Source: Catajapyx aquilonaris (taxonomy: Eukaryota). Taken from it: DNA of 64,000 nt. The notes beneath the pieces are model-generated. The model had not been told where the DNA came from and did no database searches. It saw only the letters and a list, made by a program, of their open reading frames with translations. Below, one piece after another: positions 26,872 through 41,287 of the stretch; the first letter of the stretch is position 1; the number at the start of each line of letters is the position of its first letter. The stretch is taken from NCBI GenBank assembly GCA_000934665.2, contig JYFJ02000441.1, forward strand, positions 1 through 64,000, given 5' to 3'. A program made the position numbers and the translations under genes.

Positions 26872-29792
26872 TTACCGTGTGTGAATTCTCATGTGTGACT
26901 TCACACTGCTTGAGCGACTAAATTTTTTCTGGCACACATCACATTGAAATGGTTTTTCACCTGTATGAATCCTCGTGTGACTTTTCAAATCGCTCGATTC
27001 ACGAAATTTCTTCTGGCACACTTCACAAATAAATGGTTTTTCTCCTGTATGAATTCGCATGTGACTTTTCAACCTACTTGAATTACGAAATTTCTTCTGG
27101 CACACCTCGCAAATATATGGGGTCTCTCCTGTATGAATTCGCATGTGACTTTTCAACCAACTTGAATTACGAAATTTCTTCTGGCACACCTCGCAAATAT
27201 ATGGGGTCTCTCCCGTATGAATTCGCATATGACTTTTCAAATTACTCGAGTCACAAAATTTCATCTGGCAGACCTCGCAGATAAATGGTTTCTCTCCTGT
27301 ATGAATTCGCATGTGACTTTTAAAATGATGTGAATTGCGAAATTTCTTCTGGCAGACCTCGCAAATATATGGTTTCTCTCCTATATGAATTTGCATGTGA
27401 CATTTCAGAGTCATTGAATTACGAAATTTCTTCTTGCACACAACACAAATAAATGGGTTCTCTGCTGTATGAGTTTGCTTGTGAATTTTCAAACCACCTG
27501 ATTGGCGAAATTTTTTGTGGCACACCTCACAAACAAATGGTTTTTCTCCTGTATGAATTAGCATGTGTCTTTTCAAACTCTTTGCAGCAGAGAAAAAATT
27601 CTGGCACACGTTGCAAATGAATTGTCCAGTGTGACTTCGCCTGCGAATTTTCAACTGAATTGAAGCTTTCTGGATCTCCTTCTTTTCCACTCCATCTTCA
27701 ATTCGCATTTCCACGACCTGAAACGTCAATAAGAGCATATCAATTTCTATTTTGCAGTGTAGGCTACATATACTACGTATAATAGTGTGAAGGAGTCCAC
27801 CTGCTACCGTCATTTGTGAGATCCCGTTTATTAAACATAGGGGCATGAAGTTGTTTAATGTATCCACACATTGCATGCAACCCCCTCCCCCCTTCCTTCC
27901 AGGCAATAAATCTGAGAAAAGGTTGGAAAAACTAATGTGTAGTAAGTTTGGGTGGAATATTTGTCCCACTGCTAACTTACAGTTAGTAGTACCTGGTAGT
28001 ACCAGTGTTGGCACCAGTACTGTTAAGTTAGCAGTAACTATAGCACTGGGACGGATATTTTCCACTGTTTGCATTAAAGGAGTGTCCGGAAAGGGGGGGT
28101 ATCATTTTTTTTTTCCTCTGCCCCCTCGCATGATTATTGGTCCATGTGCATATATATAGAACACACAAAGTGACATCCATAGAGCTCCATAACTCAGTAA
28201 AATTAATATATGTAACTGTTTTGCTTTTCAAATGAATTTGGTCAAAATTGGGGCCTGGGGGGAGGGGTTGTCTTTTGTTTCTCTTTCCCTCTCGTGATTT
28301 TCGCGTCATCTTGACATCTCGACACAAGTCATGTTCATCGATAGGGCTTCAAAACTAACTAAAAGTCATCTTTGCATCTGTTTCATTCGAAACCTGGAAA
28401 AGTAGTTAGTTTTCCAGGTTTCGAATAAAACAGATGCAAAGTCTCGACGGCTTTTCGCAGCCAGGGGTCAAACCCCTGTATTTTCCAATGGTCAGGGAGA
28501 TAACAGTGGAGCAGCATAACTGAATGGGTGATCAATACATTTGAGGTTACTTCACAACCACCCTGCATGACGTAATCATAAGTTAACTGAGTCACCACTT
28601 TAAAAATATATTGCCTTGCAAAATAAGTCTTGTTCAGAATTTTGGCTGTGTTTAAAAGACAATTTTAACCACTGGGCAATTTGTTAAAATTTATTTTCCT
28701 TTTGCTACCACTTATTTGTGTGAATCTTGATTTTACGCCCATGCAGCAACTAAAACCAAGCATAGGAGCCTCTTCAACACTGAAAATGACATTTTTAATT
28801 TTTTATGCAGCTATCCATAAAACCTGACATCGCCAAATTATACAAAACTGAACAAAACCATGTTTGTATCTATAATTGTATATGTATATTTTAGTTTGTT
28901 TGTTTGTACCAAAAGAAATCCAGGGAAGGCCCCTATACCACTTTAAATTAGCATATAGGGGTTACATTTTTCAAGGAATTTAACGCCACATGTTTCAGCT
29001 CCCGAAAATGAACCTAACTCCCACAACACGGATGCACACGAATCTTCTCACTACTCGGGCCTCAACAATTAAATTCACTTACATCATTCCCATGGAAATC
29101 CCCTTATGCAACAATACCGTAAACTCAATGCATCCACCTATTACGCTAATTGGCCACCTCACATGAGTACGTATGGTAGGGCCATTCCGGGATTTTGTGG
29201 GATTTGAAAGTATACTTCCAGACAAAAATAAATACAATAAAATAATATGGTATTTACATATATTACTCCTTGTTGAAAACAAGATTTCCCACCATGCAAC
29301 TGAATGTACATTTCTAAAGTTCTTCAGAGCAAACATATGGAACGAGGTGGGGGTGTGAAGTGGGGTTGGGGGGTCAGGGGGTCAAAAATGCAGGGGGAAA
29401 AACACATGGTTGTGCAGTCTTTTCCTGGGCCAACTCCATCCACATTCCTCTTTTTACACATCCAATCAGAATATCTGTGTCGACTGTACGCTATAAGAAA
29501 AGCAGGTAATCTATCACAGATAGTGACAAACTTTGGCTTATTGCAACTTATAGGGTCTATTTTAAGACATATCGAGTTTTGAGTGTATGGAAGGGAAATT
29601 TTTACAATCACACAGACTTCCTAAAATATGGACATAGATATTTTAAACTGGGTTTACTGTTGGACCAGAAAGATTGAACAATGTTGCTGGGGAAAGAAAT
29701 ACATTAAAGTCTCTCTGTAGTTAGAACACTTGGAATATCATAATTGTCCTGGGATGATGACAATGACGATTATTATTATTGTTATTATTATT

Positions 29793-29854
<62 letters not shown>

Positions 29855-30334
29855 TAATAATAATAATAATTTCCTCTTCAGACAAAAGTGTGATTATTTG
29901 ATCACATTGTGATACTAGTACAACATATCATGAGGGTTTTGCAATGGGAACCATTTACTGTATACATCACCATGTGGTTGAGGATTGTAAAAATTATTTC
30001 CAAAGCATCTTCCAAGTCTGGGTGATTAATTTCTACTGATCATTCCGAGTGACTTTAGTGCAAATGTACATCACATTTTCACCACATTACGCACCCCTCC
30101 TGATCCGCCTCCTAAAGGGTCATCCTCGTCCACCCTGGGCATGTCCACCACCATCTCCTCCTCCTCTGGTGGTTCTTCCTTGATCTCACGTAGAGTGTCT
30201 CGTATGAATTGAGTCGAGTCCCCGTCGAAGCAAGAGGGACTCTCCTCCTTCAAGGCCAACTTCCAGCCCTCCTCATCCACCGTGATGTCTTCCTCCTCCA
30301 CTTCCTCCTTCTTTATCCTCTGCACCAGTGACAT
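26872..30334 (-). CDS. Cluster ZNF gene Z8: acidic exon 30334-30095 + 9-finger exon 27717-26872
   Basis: Phase-0 GT/AG sites; promoter module ~30511-30618. Confidence 0.85.
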
Positions 30335-31049
30335 GGTCCCCCTGCCAACACACAAACACTGCAGGCGTCATGTGATCATGTACCTATAGAAGGGCAGCTC
30401 ACCCTTCTGCCGCGTCCACACCAGTCCGAGTGAGGGGAAAGAGAGCCCAACAACTGAAGAGAACGAGGAGAAGAGACGAGACGGGTCGGAAGAAGGACTG
30501 TTCTACAAGTGGTCGGCCATCTTTGATTGAACTTCAATTCGGGTGCATTCCCGTCGCCACCAGAGACCAAGGACGTGTTTAAACGCTATTCCTCGTCAAG
30601 AGTCGCCGCTACTGGTGCTACTGCTACTAGCTATTAGCTCTCTTCATCATTCACTGATTAGCTGGATGTGGCCAATTCCATTCCAAATCAGGCCAGACCC
30701 TGGATATCTGGACCCGGGACATCCCAGGAACATCTGAGCCACAAACCAGTGCAAAAATGTCTCTCCTCCCGAGGCTTATGATCCCGATTTGAATTTTATT
30801 ACTTACTCGTTAAATTCCGGCGCTCTCCATGGAGCCCACCGTTGTAAGCAACATGTGCACTCACCCAAGTAGGCCAATACATCCCATCTGTCATTGCACT
30901 GCAGTATACCCCTTTTCCTTTAAAATAAAACCTGCAGAGAATATCCAGCCAGATGTGGATCTGCCAAAGTTTATTGAGTACCGTACTTCTGGAAGAATAA
31001 TTTGGTGCAAATATACTGTAACATTACTTGACATTTTCATGAGATTGGC

Positions 31050-31160
31050 TACCCCACTCACATTTCCAGATCCACTTCTTAAAGGGTCTTATTTGTCCAC
31101 CCTGGGGATGTCCATCGCAATCTCCTCCTCCTCCTCCTCCTCTAGTCCTCTTCCTCCTAC
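31050..31160 (-). pseudogene. Truncated remnant of the acidic exon
   Basis: aaagggtctt...tccaccctggggatgtccatcgcaatctcctcc matches the EEE..IDIPRVD..DPL half only. Confidence 0.65.
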
Positions 31161-31792
31161 GCTGTTATAATACGCATGTTTTTAAAATAGATCCTATGTT
31201 TCTTTTACACCATTATCAATATGTAATCAGTTCTGCAACCTTTCTGTGTACAAAATTTAAATGAGAGATTATATGTTTTGTACTCTACAAAACCAAATGA
31301 AGTGTTCACATGTGTGTTGGGAAAAAACTGGTTTCAAGCGACAAAACTGAAATTCTACAGGAGCGGCAAAAACCAGTTTTGAGAACACCATAATTGTTGG
31401 ATTTAAATTTAAAAAGTCATGAGAAGTCCCAGTTAAAGCAGTTTATGTGGTTAACATTACAATGCAGGGTGCTTTCCTCTTTATTTAGGCACAAATTTCC
31501 TTACAAAACCTTATCCAAGCCAAACCTCGAAGACTTAACACACATGGGATATTACAATATTATTATCAAAAGAACTAATATGATCTACCTACTGACCTGC
31601 CGTTTTTCCCACACCAAGAGACGGCTTGAGATGTTTACTCGCCGACAGTCATCAATCAAATAAATAATCCCTCCCCCTATTGCACCAGCACAGAACGGGC
31701 GCAAATCAGAAGTGTCACACTATATACGATGGCCAATCAGACGCCTTACACAAACATGCTGAATACTACTTTAGTATTATAATAATATTATC

Positions 31793-32123
31793 AGGGAGAC
31801 GGAGTGGCGCCGCGGTAACGTGCGCGCCCACGGATGTTAAGGTCCCGGGTTCGATCCCCGCCCGGGGACACCCCCTTCATCTCGTGCAGAGTTCTGGGGT
31901 CGTCTCTGGCTTCGTCTCGGGTGGTATATCCACAGACTAAACCACCCGGGGGAGTTCACAAAAACGACCAAGCACCGTTACCGCACTGCACTTGCACATC
32001 CCCTCCTGTCATCCTGCCCGTGGGCCCGGGCTTTCATTAAATAGGCACCATGTACTTAACATCTCAAAATACAATAAAGGTCCATGCTATATACCCCGGT
32101 AGGGGTGAAAGCATTACCCACAA

Positions 32124-32157
<34 letters not shown>
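31793..32157 (+). mobile_element. tRNA-derived SINE (family 1)
   Basis: A box tggcgccgcggtaa, B box ggttcgatccc, (ATT)n tail, flanking duplication taataatattatc; paralogous site near 36160 is empty. Confidence 0.85.
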
Positions 32158-32159
<2 letters not shown>

Positions 32160-32238
32160 AATATTATCGCATGTTAGTTTCCAAATCACTTGAATCACGA
32201 AATTTGTTCTGGTGCATGTCACAATGACATGGTCAATC

Positions 32239-32835
32239 TCATTTGTGAATTCGCATGTGAGATTTCAAATGACCTGAACGGTAAAAACTTTTCTGGCACA
32301 CCTCGCAAATATATGGTTTCTCTCCTGTATGAATTCGCATGTGGCTTTTCAAATTACTGGCGTCACAAAATTTCTTCCGGCACACCTCGCAAATAAATGG
32401 TTTTTCTCCTGTATGAATTCGCATGTGACTTTTGAATTGATGTGAATGCCGAAATTTCTTCTGGCAGACCTCGCAAATATATGGTTTCTCTCCTGTATGA
32501 ATTTGCATGTGAATTTTCAAATTACTCGAGTCACGAAATTTCTTCTGGCACACCTCGCAAATAAATGGTTTTTCTCCTGTATGAATTCGCATGTGAATGT
32601 TCAAATTACTCGAGTCACGAAATTTTTTGTGGCACACCTCACAAACAAATGGTTTCTCTCCTGTATGAATTCGCATGTGACATTTCAAACTCCTTGCAGC
32701 AGAATAAAATTTCTGGCACACGTTGCAAATGAATTGTTTTTGTCCAGTGTGACTTCGCCTGCGAATTTTCAACTGAATTGAAGCTTTCTGGATCTCCTTC
32801 TTTTCCACTCCATCTTCAATTCGCATTTCCACGAC
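32239..32835 (-). CDS. Orphan 6-finger exon (Z9) with no dedicated acidic exon or promoter
   Basis: Intact tttcag acceptor and frame; 32836-36170 holds only intron-like and TE sequence. Confidence 0.7.
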   Translation of the reverse strand, partial: VVEMRIEDGVEKKEIQKASIQLKIRRRSHTGQKQFICNVCQKFYSAARSLKCHMRIHTGEKPFVCEVCHKKFRDSSNLNIHMRIHTGEKPFICEVCQKKFRDSSNLKIHMQIHTGEKPYICEVCQKKFRHSHQFKSHMRIHTGEKPFICEVCRKKFCDASNLKSHMRIHTGEKPYICEVCQKSFYRSGHLKSHMRIHK

Positions 32836-33274
32836 CTGAAACGTCAATAAGAGCATATCAATTTCTATTTTTTAGTGTGAAGGATTCCACCTGCTACCGT
32901 CATTTGTGAGGTCCCGTTTATTAAGCGTAGGGGCATGAAGTTGTTTAATGTATCCACACATTGCATACAATCACAAATTTCAGTATAGCTACATGAAATG
33001 TTGGAATGGCAGCAATAATGAAGTCTGTGGAATCGTGGTCAGAAATGGCAATTTTATTTTTACATTCATTATCTTAGCATGTGAATATTTTTGAAAACTT
33101 GCCCAAATTTCCTGGAAAGTCATATATTGTTACTTCAATTCAGTGTTCATGGACCGAACTCACTGAGGGTGTCAGCCACTTATGAAACAATGGGTCCCAC
33201 TTATGAAAGAGCTACAAGAAGAACATGAGTCGGATGCACCAGAAGGCATGTTTTGGTGGCATTTGCAATCACCT

Positions 33275-34157
33275 AAAAGTGGTCGAAACTTTGTGTCTGT
33301 TTCATTCGAAAACTGGAAATGTTACAAAGATGACTTATAGTCAGTTTTGAAGCTCTGTCGATGTACGTGTATCTAGATGTCAAGGTGATGCAAAATCACG
33401 ACCCCCCCCCCCCCCACCCCCCTTTTTNCCCCCCAAATGTTTTTGACCAAGTGTCCCACCTTGATCTTTTGACAACCAAAACAGTTACTGATATGAACTT
33501 TACTGGGTTATGAAGCTCTATCGATGCCACTTTGTGTGTTATCGAGATGGACCAATATAATCACGCAAGGGGGCGGAGGAAAAAAAGAGAGAAGGGACAC
33601 CCCCCGTCCCCCTCCCCGGGCAATATATCTGAGAAGAGGTTGGAAAAAATAATGTGCAGTAAGTTTGGGTCGAATATTTGTCTCACTGCTAACTGAGCCG
33701 TACCAGTATTGGCACAACAATGGAAACAGTGGAAAATTTTCGTCCCAGTGCTAGTTACTGCTAACTTAGCAGTAACTAGCACTGAGACGAAAATTTTCCA
33801 TTGTTTGCATTAAAGCACTATCCTGTCTATTTTTTCCTCCGTCCCCTCGCATTATTATTGGTCCATCTGAACTGAACACACAGAGTGACATCCATAGACC
33901 TTCAAAACCCAGTAAAATTCATATCTGTAACTGTTTTTGGTTTCAAATTAATTTGGTGAAAAATGGGCCCGGGGAGGGGGGGGGAGGAGGAGGTCGTTCG
34001 CCTTTTGTTCCTCTCTCCCCCTCGTGATTTTTGCGTCATCTTGACGTCTCGACACAAGTCATGTACATCGACAGAGCTTCAAAACTAGCTAAAAGTCATC
34101 TGTGTAACCCCTTTTCCAGGTTTCGAATAAAACAGAAGCTAAGTCTCGACCACTTTT
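33275..34157. mobile_element. ~880-bp fold-back (long inverted repeat) element; partial copy ~27880-28460
   Basis: Arms aaaagtggtcga...gaagctctgtcgatgtac / gtacatcgacagagcttc...tcgaccactttt. Confidence 0.7.
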
Positions 34158-34344
34158 CGCAGCAGGGCCCCTGTTATTTTGCCAAACCCCTGTATTTTCC
34201 AGTGGTCAGGGAGATGACGTTGGAGCAGCATAACTTAATGGGTGATCAATCCATTTGAGGTTACTTCACAACCACCCTGCATGACATAATTATAAGTTAA
34301 CTGAGTCACCACTTCAAAAAATATACTGCCTTGCAAAATAAGTC

Positions 34345-34578
34345 TTGTTCAGAATTTTGGCTGCATTGAAAAAACTAATTTTAACCACAGGCCAAGTTAA
34401 AATTTATTTTCCTTTTTCAACCACTTATTTGTGTGAATCTGGATTTTCCGCCCATGCAGCAACTAAAACCAAGCATAGGAGACTCTTCCACACTGAAAAT
34501 GACATTTTTATGCAGCTATCCATAAAACCTGACATCGCCAAATTATGCAAAACTGAACAACACCATTCATCTCAGTAG
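34345..34578 (+). mobile_element. hAT (Charlie/Buster-type) transposase C-terminal relic; decayed copy ~28600-28860
   Basis: FPFSTTYLCESGFS...KTKHR dimerization-domain motif. Confidence 0.8.
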
Positions 34579-34627
34579 GTGCTATAGGCCTATTGTGTTT
34601 AAAAATAGTAATTAAATTAAATACTGT

Positions 34628-35042
34628 AATTTATTTAAATAGTCATCACACCATTCACGGACACCATCCGTGACAGCATCATCACTATTGAAACCCTGTT
34701 CTTTCAGGTGTTGTTTGAATGTTATGAACAGGTGATAGTCGGATGGTGCCAGCCACCAATTTGTCACCAATCTGACGATCACCTGTTCCCAACACTCAAA
34801 CGCCACCTGAATGAAGAGCATTTCAACTTTGGTTTCATCAGTGATGATGGCATCATGCGTGGTGTCTGTGAATTGTGAGATGACTAAAGACATCTTTTTT
34901 TTGAGAAGGGGTGCAAAGCTGAACCACTGTTTGGGAGGAGTACATCATACTCGAGGAGGGTCACAGAGGAATGTTAAAAGTCCCATTCGCCTGGGACAAC
35001 TCCTTCACAGGTAGGCTCACTACTTATCAAACACCCCTCATA
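34628..35042 (-). mobile_element. Mariner transposon relic
   Basis: LAPSDYHLF...LK...F.SD motif; TA-tgagggtgtttgataagt terminus near 35042. Confidence 0.75.
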
Positions 35043-35076
35043 GTATGCAGGAATGCCATAATTCAAGCAGATTTAA

Positions 35077-35264
35077 AGCGGCGTTTACATGTGAGCGATT
35101 TGATCGCGCGATGCCATGGCTGAGTGACAACAATGCTGAGTAGCCTGAGTATTCAGTATTGTTGGAGGCGAAAATCGATTGTTAAGTACTTCCCCTCAAA
35201 CAATATTGGTTACTTTGCTTGGTGACGACTTCGCTCGTCAAATCGCTCACATGTAAATGCACCT
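35077..35264. mobile_element. PIF/Harbinger-type MITE
   Basis: TIR agcggcgtttacatgtgagcgatttga; TAA TSD; second copy 52672-52837. Confidence 0.8.
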
Positions 35265-36243
35265 TAATATTCACTAGAAAGTGGTACAGGTAGGGGTATG
35301 CAAGAATGAAATACACTTCATATAAGTTATTTCATTTATGTTTGCATCTATATCTATATTTTAGTTCATTTGTTTGTGAATTTGTTTGTGAGGTGGTTTG
35401 TTTGTCCCTTATCGAAATCCAAGCCAAGGCCCCTACACCGCCTTATAGTAGCATATAGCGGGTTACATTTTTCAAGGAACTTAACGCCGCAAGTTTCAGC
35501 TCCCGAAAATGAACCTAACTCCCACAACACGTATATTCCCGATTCTTCTCACTACTCGGGCCTCAACAATTAACTTACATCAATAACAATATATCAATTT
35601 GCATTCCCATGGAAATGCCCTTATGCAACAATACCTAGTAAATGAAACCATTGCCGTAAATTCAACGCATCCACCAATTACGCTAACTGGCCACCTCACG
35701 TGAGTTCGTATCGTACGGTCATTCCAGGATTTTGTGGGATTTGAAAGTAGACTTCCAGACAAAATTATATAAGGTGGTTGTACTGGTTATGGCCATGATA
35801 ATGTTTGAGAATTTTTCTAGCCGCCTTTTTGAAAAAAAAAATCAAAACCTTTTTTTTTGTAATTGTTCCCAGGTTAATGTACTGCCATAAGAATAAATTT
35901 AATTCCCAATGAAAATAGTTTTACTGGTCCAAAAAAACCGAATTGCAAAAGTCGACACAGTGGCCACATCAGGAACATGTGGGCATGATATGGCCACCCT
36001 TGTTCCAGGGTCTACTAATCGTGATTTTTTCCAGTTTCATAGAGCAGTTCTGCTGAAATTAAATAATTTTGGTGTGAAATCAATATACATGATACGAAAT
36101 GATCCTTTTTGTTATGCAAAAGTGGATTCCATACAGGCCCCCGCCTCGCAAAGCGAGTTATAATAATATTATCGCATGTTAGTTTCCAAATCACTTGAAT
36201 CACGAAATTTGTTCTGGTGCATGTCAAAATGACATGGTCAATC

Positions 36244-38838
36244 TCATTTGTGAATTCGCATGTGAGATTTCAAATGACCTGAACGGTAAAAACTTTTCTG
36301 GCACACCTCGCAAATATATGGTTTCTCTCCTGTATGAATTCGCATGTGACTTTTCAAATTACCTGATTCACAAAATTTCTTCTGGCACACCTCGCAAGTA
36401 AATGGTTTTTCTCCTGTATGAATTCGCATGTGACTTTTCAAACTACCCGACTCACGGAATTTCTTCTGGCACACCTCGCAAGTAAATGGTTTTTCTCCTG
36501 TATGAATTTGCATGTGAATTTTCAAAGTTATTGAATTACGAAATTTCTTCTTGCATACCTCACAAGTACATGGTTTCTCTGCTGCATGATTTAGCTTGTG
36601 AATTTTCAAATTACTCGAGTCACTAAATTTCTTCTGGCACACCTCGCAAATATATGGTTTTTCTCCTGTATGAATTCGCATGTGAATTTTCAAATTACTC
36701 GATTCACGAAATTTCTTCTGGCACACCTCGCAAGTAAATGGTTTTTCTCCTGTATGAGTTCGCTCGTGAATTTTCAAACTATGGGATTGACGAAATTTTT
36801 TCTGGCACACCTCACAAACAAATGGTTTCTCTCCTGTATGAATTAGCATGTGACATTTCAAACTGTTTGCAGCAGAAAAAAAATTCTGGCACACGTTGCA
36901 AATGAATTGTTTTTGTCCAGTATGAATTCGCCTGCGAATTTTCAACTGAATTGAAGCTTTCTGGATCTCCTTTTCCACTCCATCTTCAATTCGCATTTGC
37001 ACAACCTGCAATGTCAATAAGAGCATATCAATTTCTATTTTGTAGCGTAGGCTACACATTATATACTAAAATAGTGTGAAGGATTCCACCTGCTACCGTC
37101 GTTTGTGAGGTCCCGTCTATTAAACATAGGGGCATGAAGTTGTCTAATGTATCCACACATACAATCACAAATTTCAGTATAGCTACATGAAATGTTAGAA
37201 TGGCATGAATAATGAACTCTGTGGAATCGAGGTCAGAAATGGTAATTTTATTTTCACATTCGTTATCTTAGCATGTGAATATTTTAGAAAACTTGCTCAA
37301 ATTTCCTGGGAAGTCATATATATTGTTGGGTCATTCCATGTCAATTCTGTAAATGATGGTGGTTCGATCCCTTCCGAAAAAAATCATGTAGTTAGGTATC
37401 GACACCTTATTGCGAAATCCTAAATTTGAGGCCGTTGGAGTCAAATCTCACGGATATATAACAATGGAAAGTTCAACAATGACGTCCATGTAAAGTATTT
37501 TTAACTGTTCAGACTGTTCTCCCGACTCCAACATGTTACATATCAAATGGAAGGCAATCAAGAGAGTTATAACATGGTTACAAAATATTCGACCTAACTC
37601 GAAAAACGACGTCGCAAAAAAATTCGCACATATATGTCCAAATCACTCTATATTCCCGATAGCAGTTTCGATGGGTTCTCTCCGTGTTCGCGTGGGTTTT
37701 TCCGGGGTTCTCCCGTTTCCTCCCGCAATCAAAATTCATCACAGCAAAGGCAATGATTAAAGACGGTTATTCAAAAGATGATCCCCTAAGAGGCCCAAGG
37801 AGGCCTATCACGGGGGTATCCATTATCATCCATTATTATTATATTCCCGATAGCCGTAACTCGTAACATTATGATTTTAACAAAGTGATATTTAGGATAC
37901 AGGGCAATCACCTAGTTTGTTAAATGCACATGCAAAACCTCAGTGTGATAGGTCAAGCAGGGTTGGAAATAAAAATTCCCGAAAATATGAATTACCGCAT
38001 TTTGCCGATTTTCGAGTTCAAATTTCTCCAGGTAGGACTGGATCGATTTTGACTTTTGGTATGTCAATAGATTCCTTAGATCACCCCCTATTCAGAAATG
38101 CATAACACATTCTTTACCCGTGATCGATAATAATTGAACGGCTGAAACACGTGGCATTAAATTCCTCATAAAAAGGAACACTCACTATGCTGGTTTAATG
38201 CCATAATCCCACTGGATTTTTATAGCGAACAAACACAGACTTCCTAAAACATGGACGCAGATATTTTAAACTGGGTTTGCTGCTGGACCAGAGAGATTGA
38301 ACAATGTTGATGGAATATCATAATTGTCCTTGGATGATGATTATTATTTTTATTATTACTATTAATTTCCTCTTCATACAAAAGTGTCATTATTTGATCA
38401 CATGGTGATACTAGTACAACATATCATGAGGATTTTGCAATGGGAATTATGTACTGTACAGTACATCACCATGTGGTTGAGGATTGTGAAAATTATTTCC
38501 AAAGCATCTTCCAATAGTCTGGGCGATTAATTTGTACTGGTCATTCTGTGTCACATCAGTGCAAAATAATTACATCACATTTTCACCACATTACGCACCC
38601 CTCCTGATCCGCCTCCTAAAGGGTCATCCTCGTCCACCCTGGGCATGTCCACCACCATCTCCTCCTCCTCTGGTGGTTCTTCCTTGATCTCACGTAGAGT
38701 GTCTCGTATGAATTGAGTGGAGTCCCCGTCGAAGCAAGACGGGCTCTCCTCCTTCAAGGCCAACTTCCAGCCCTCCTCATCCACCGTGATATCTTCCTCC
38801 TCCACTTCCTCCTTCTTTATCCTCTGCACCAGTGACAT
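36244..38838 (-). CDS. Cluster ZNF gene Z10: acidic exon 38838-38599 + 8-finger exon 37005-36244
   Basis: Phase-0 GT/AG sites; promoter module ~39012-39121. Confidence 0.85.
37662..37830 (+). mobile_element. 5'-truncated copy of SINE family 2
   Basis: Matches the reverse complement of 39863-40030. Confidence 0.7.
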
Positions 38839-39189
38839 GGTCCCCCTGCCAACACACAAATACTGCAGGCGTCATGTGATCATGTGCCTAGAAGGGCAGC
38901 TCACCCTTCTGCGTCCTCCACACCAGTCCGAGTGAGGGGAAAGAGAGCCCAACAAATGAAGAGAACGAGGAGAAGAGACGAGGCGGGTCGGAAGAAGTAC
39001 TGTTCTAAAAGTTGTCGGCCATCTTTGATATTGAACTTCAATTCGGGTGCATTCCCGTCGCCACCAGAGACAGAGGACGTGTTTAAGCGCTATTCCTCGT
39101 CAAGAGTCGCCGCTACTGGTGATACTGCTACTCGCCAATAGCTCTCTTCATCATTCACTAATTAGCTGGATGTATATTATTTCCCGTGA

Positions 39190-39570
39190 GAATCATTAAA
39201 CTCTTTCTGGCCCACCTCACACAATGCTTTCTCTGCAGTGTGATTTTACCTATGCCTTTTCAAGTCATAAACCTTGCCTTTTTCTGGCACATCTCACACA
39301 ATAATGGTTTCGCTAAAGTGTGCTTTTTCATGTGTCGTTTCAAATTACTAGACACAGTAAAACTTTTCCCGCAGATACTGCAGGAGTAGCTCTCAAGTAT
39401 ATATAGTTTCGCATGTGAAGTTTCTAACTATACTTGGTGGCAAGTTAGTGGTTTCAGACACCCTTGGCAATCAAATTGCTGGATCCTATCACAAGGTCTA
39501 GTGATCTCATCTGGAGTCCTTTTCTCCCCGTGCTTTTTCCCCACAGAATTTATCACCTTTCTCTTGCCTG
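39190..39570 (-). pseudogene. Decayed finger exon related to Z7
   Basis: Shares ttttcccgcagatactgcaggagtag and the acceptor region with 24340-24560; frameshifted. Confidence 0.7.
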
Positions 39571-39862
39571 AAAAGTGAATTGCAGCATTAATTTATAACT
39601 TAGAGTAAACGCTTGCGACTTATTTGGCGAACCTCCCGGAGCAAGCAAACAAGATATCAGCGGTGGATCAGCAGGGGATTGGAGGTTGGCAAAGCCACAA
39701 TAACGTTCGTTGGCCTCCGCCGCCACAAGACGGACAGTATGCTATAAATGTTGCGGATACGAAACCCACAATAATCGCCCAGCTCCGCTTCCGCTCTGCA
39801 TTACCTAAAAATATCCTGCAGGGCGACGAACCCTGCCTGGCGGGGCCACAACAGATGACAGT

Positions 39863-40125
39863 GGAGATAATGGATATCTCGTGATAAGCCTCCTTGAGCT
39901 TTTCAGGGGATCATCTTTTAATTGACTGACTTTAATCATTGCCTGCGCTGTGATGGATTTTGATTGTGGGAGGAAACGGGAGAACACCCGAAAAAACCCA
40001 CGGGAAGACGGAGGGAACCCATCGAAACTCGATCCACATAAGCATACTCTGTCCGATCCGGGGATCGAACTCGGGTCCTTAGAGGTGGAAGGCTGCGGCG
40101 CTAACCACTCCTCCACCGTGTCGCC
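39863..40125 (-). mobile_element. tRNA-derived SINE (family 2) with V-domain-like core
   Basis: A box tggaggagtggtta, B box gagttcgatccc, gtgggtttttt..gg...ctcccgtttcctcccac; 14-bp TSD caacagatgacagt. Confidence 0.85.
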
Positions 40126-40543
40126 CAACAGATGACAGTATTGTCGCGGTACTATAAAGCCATACAGATCACCTACACAAAGGGCAATTCAATCACTTAT
40201 GTTGCCGCGTCACTCAAATATGCACGTAGCAGCTATTATCGGCTATAATTATTATTATTAGCCTTAATCATAGCCTGCTGGATCCGGATCCAAAAGTCTT
40301 ATGTTGATTGACATAATGTCATCCCAGCCTCTGCCATGACGACCAACAACTCACATTGCCAGCTCAGCACGTTAGCATTCCCCTGGAGGAACCTGTCTTC
40401 TCGCAATCATGGCCAGCTCAATGCCACTCAATTGTTCAACCCCGTATTATGACCAGCAATAGGCGAGCCCTCCCATTCAATTTTTTCATTACCATTGTCT
40501 TCCTCATTGCAGGTTTTGCCAAATTTTGCCTACGGGTGCACTA

Positions 40544-40578
<35 letters not shown>

Positions 40579-40909
40579 CCTGAGTAAGTGCTTTCACCCC
40601 CGGTGGGGGTATATCACATGGATCCTTTATTGTAGGCTACTATTATACATTGGAACCTACTAATTGAAACGCCCGGGCCCACGGGCAGGATGATAGGAGG
40701 GGATGTGCAAGGTGCAGTGCATTTGACGCTGTGGCCATTTTTAGTGAATTCCCCCAGGTGGTTTAGTCTGTGGAAATACCACCCGAGACGAAGCCAGAGG
40801 TGACCCTGAACTCTGCAAGAGATGAAGGGGGTGTCCCCGGGTTGGGATCGAACCCGGGACCTTAACATCCGTGGGGGCATACTTACAGCAGCACCACTCC
40901 GCCTCCCCT
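40544..40909 (-). mobile_element. SINE family 1 copy
   Basis: Reverse complement of 31793-32157 with trinucleotide tail. Confidence 0.85.
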
Positions 40910-41287
40910 AAATTTCCTTATAAAACCTTCTCCAAGCCAAACCGCGAAGACTTAACACACATGGCATATTACAATATTACAATATTATTACCAAAAGAAC
41001 TAATATGTTCTACCTACTGACCTGCAGTTTTTCCCACACCAGGAGACGGCCCGAGATGTTTACTCGCCGACAGTCATCAATCTAATAAACAATCCCTCCC
41101 CCTATTGCACCAGCACAGAACGGGGGCCAATCAGAAGCATCGCGCTAAATACGACGGCGAATCAGACGCCTTACACAAACACGCCGAATACGACTTTTGA
41201 ATTATAATATCATTATCGCAGGTTAGTTTCCAAATCCCTTGAATCACGATATTTGTTCTGTTGCATGTCACAATGACATGGTCAATC

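Noticed and set aside
31793..31870. tRNA genes here and at 40050-40125 and 40840-40909
   Set aside because: These are SINE heads with bodies, tails and in two cases TSDs; no full cloverleaf
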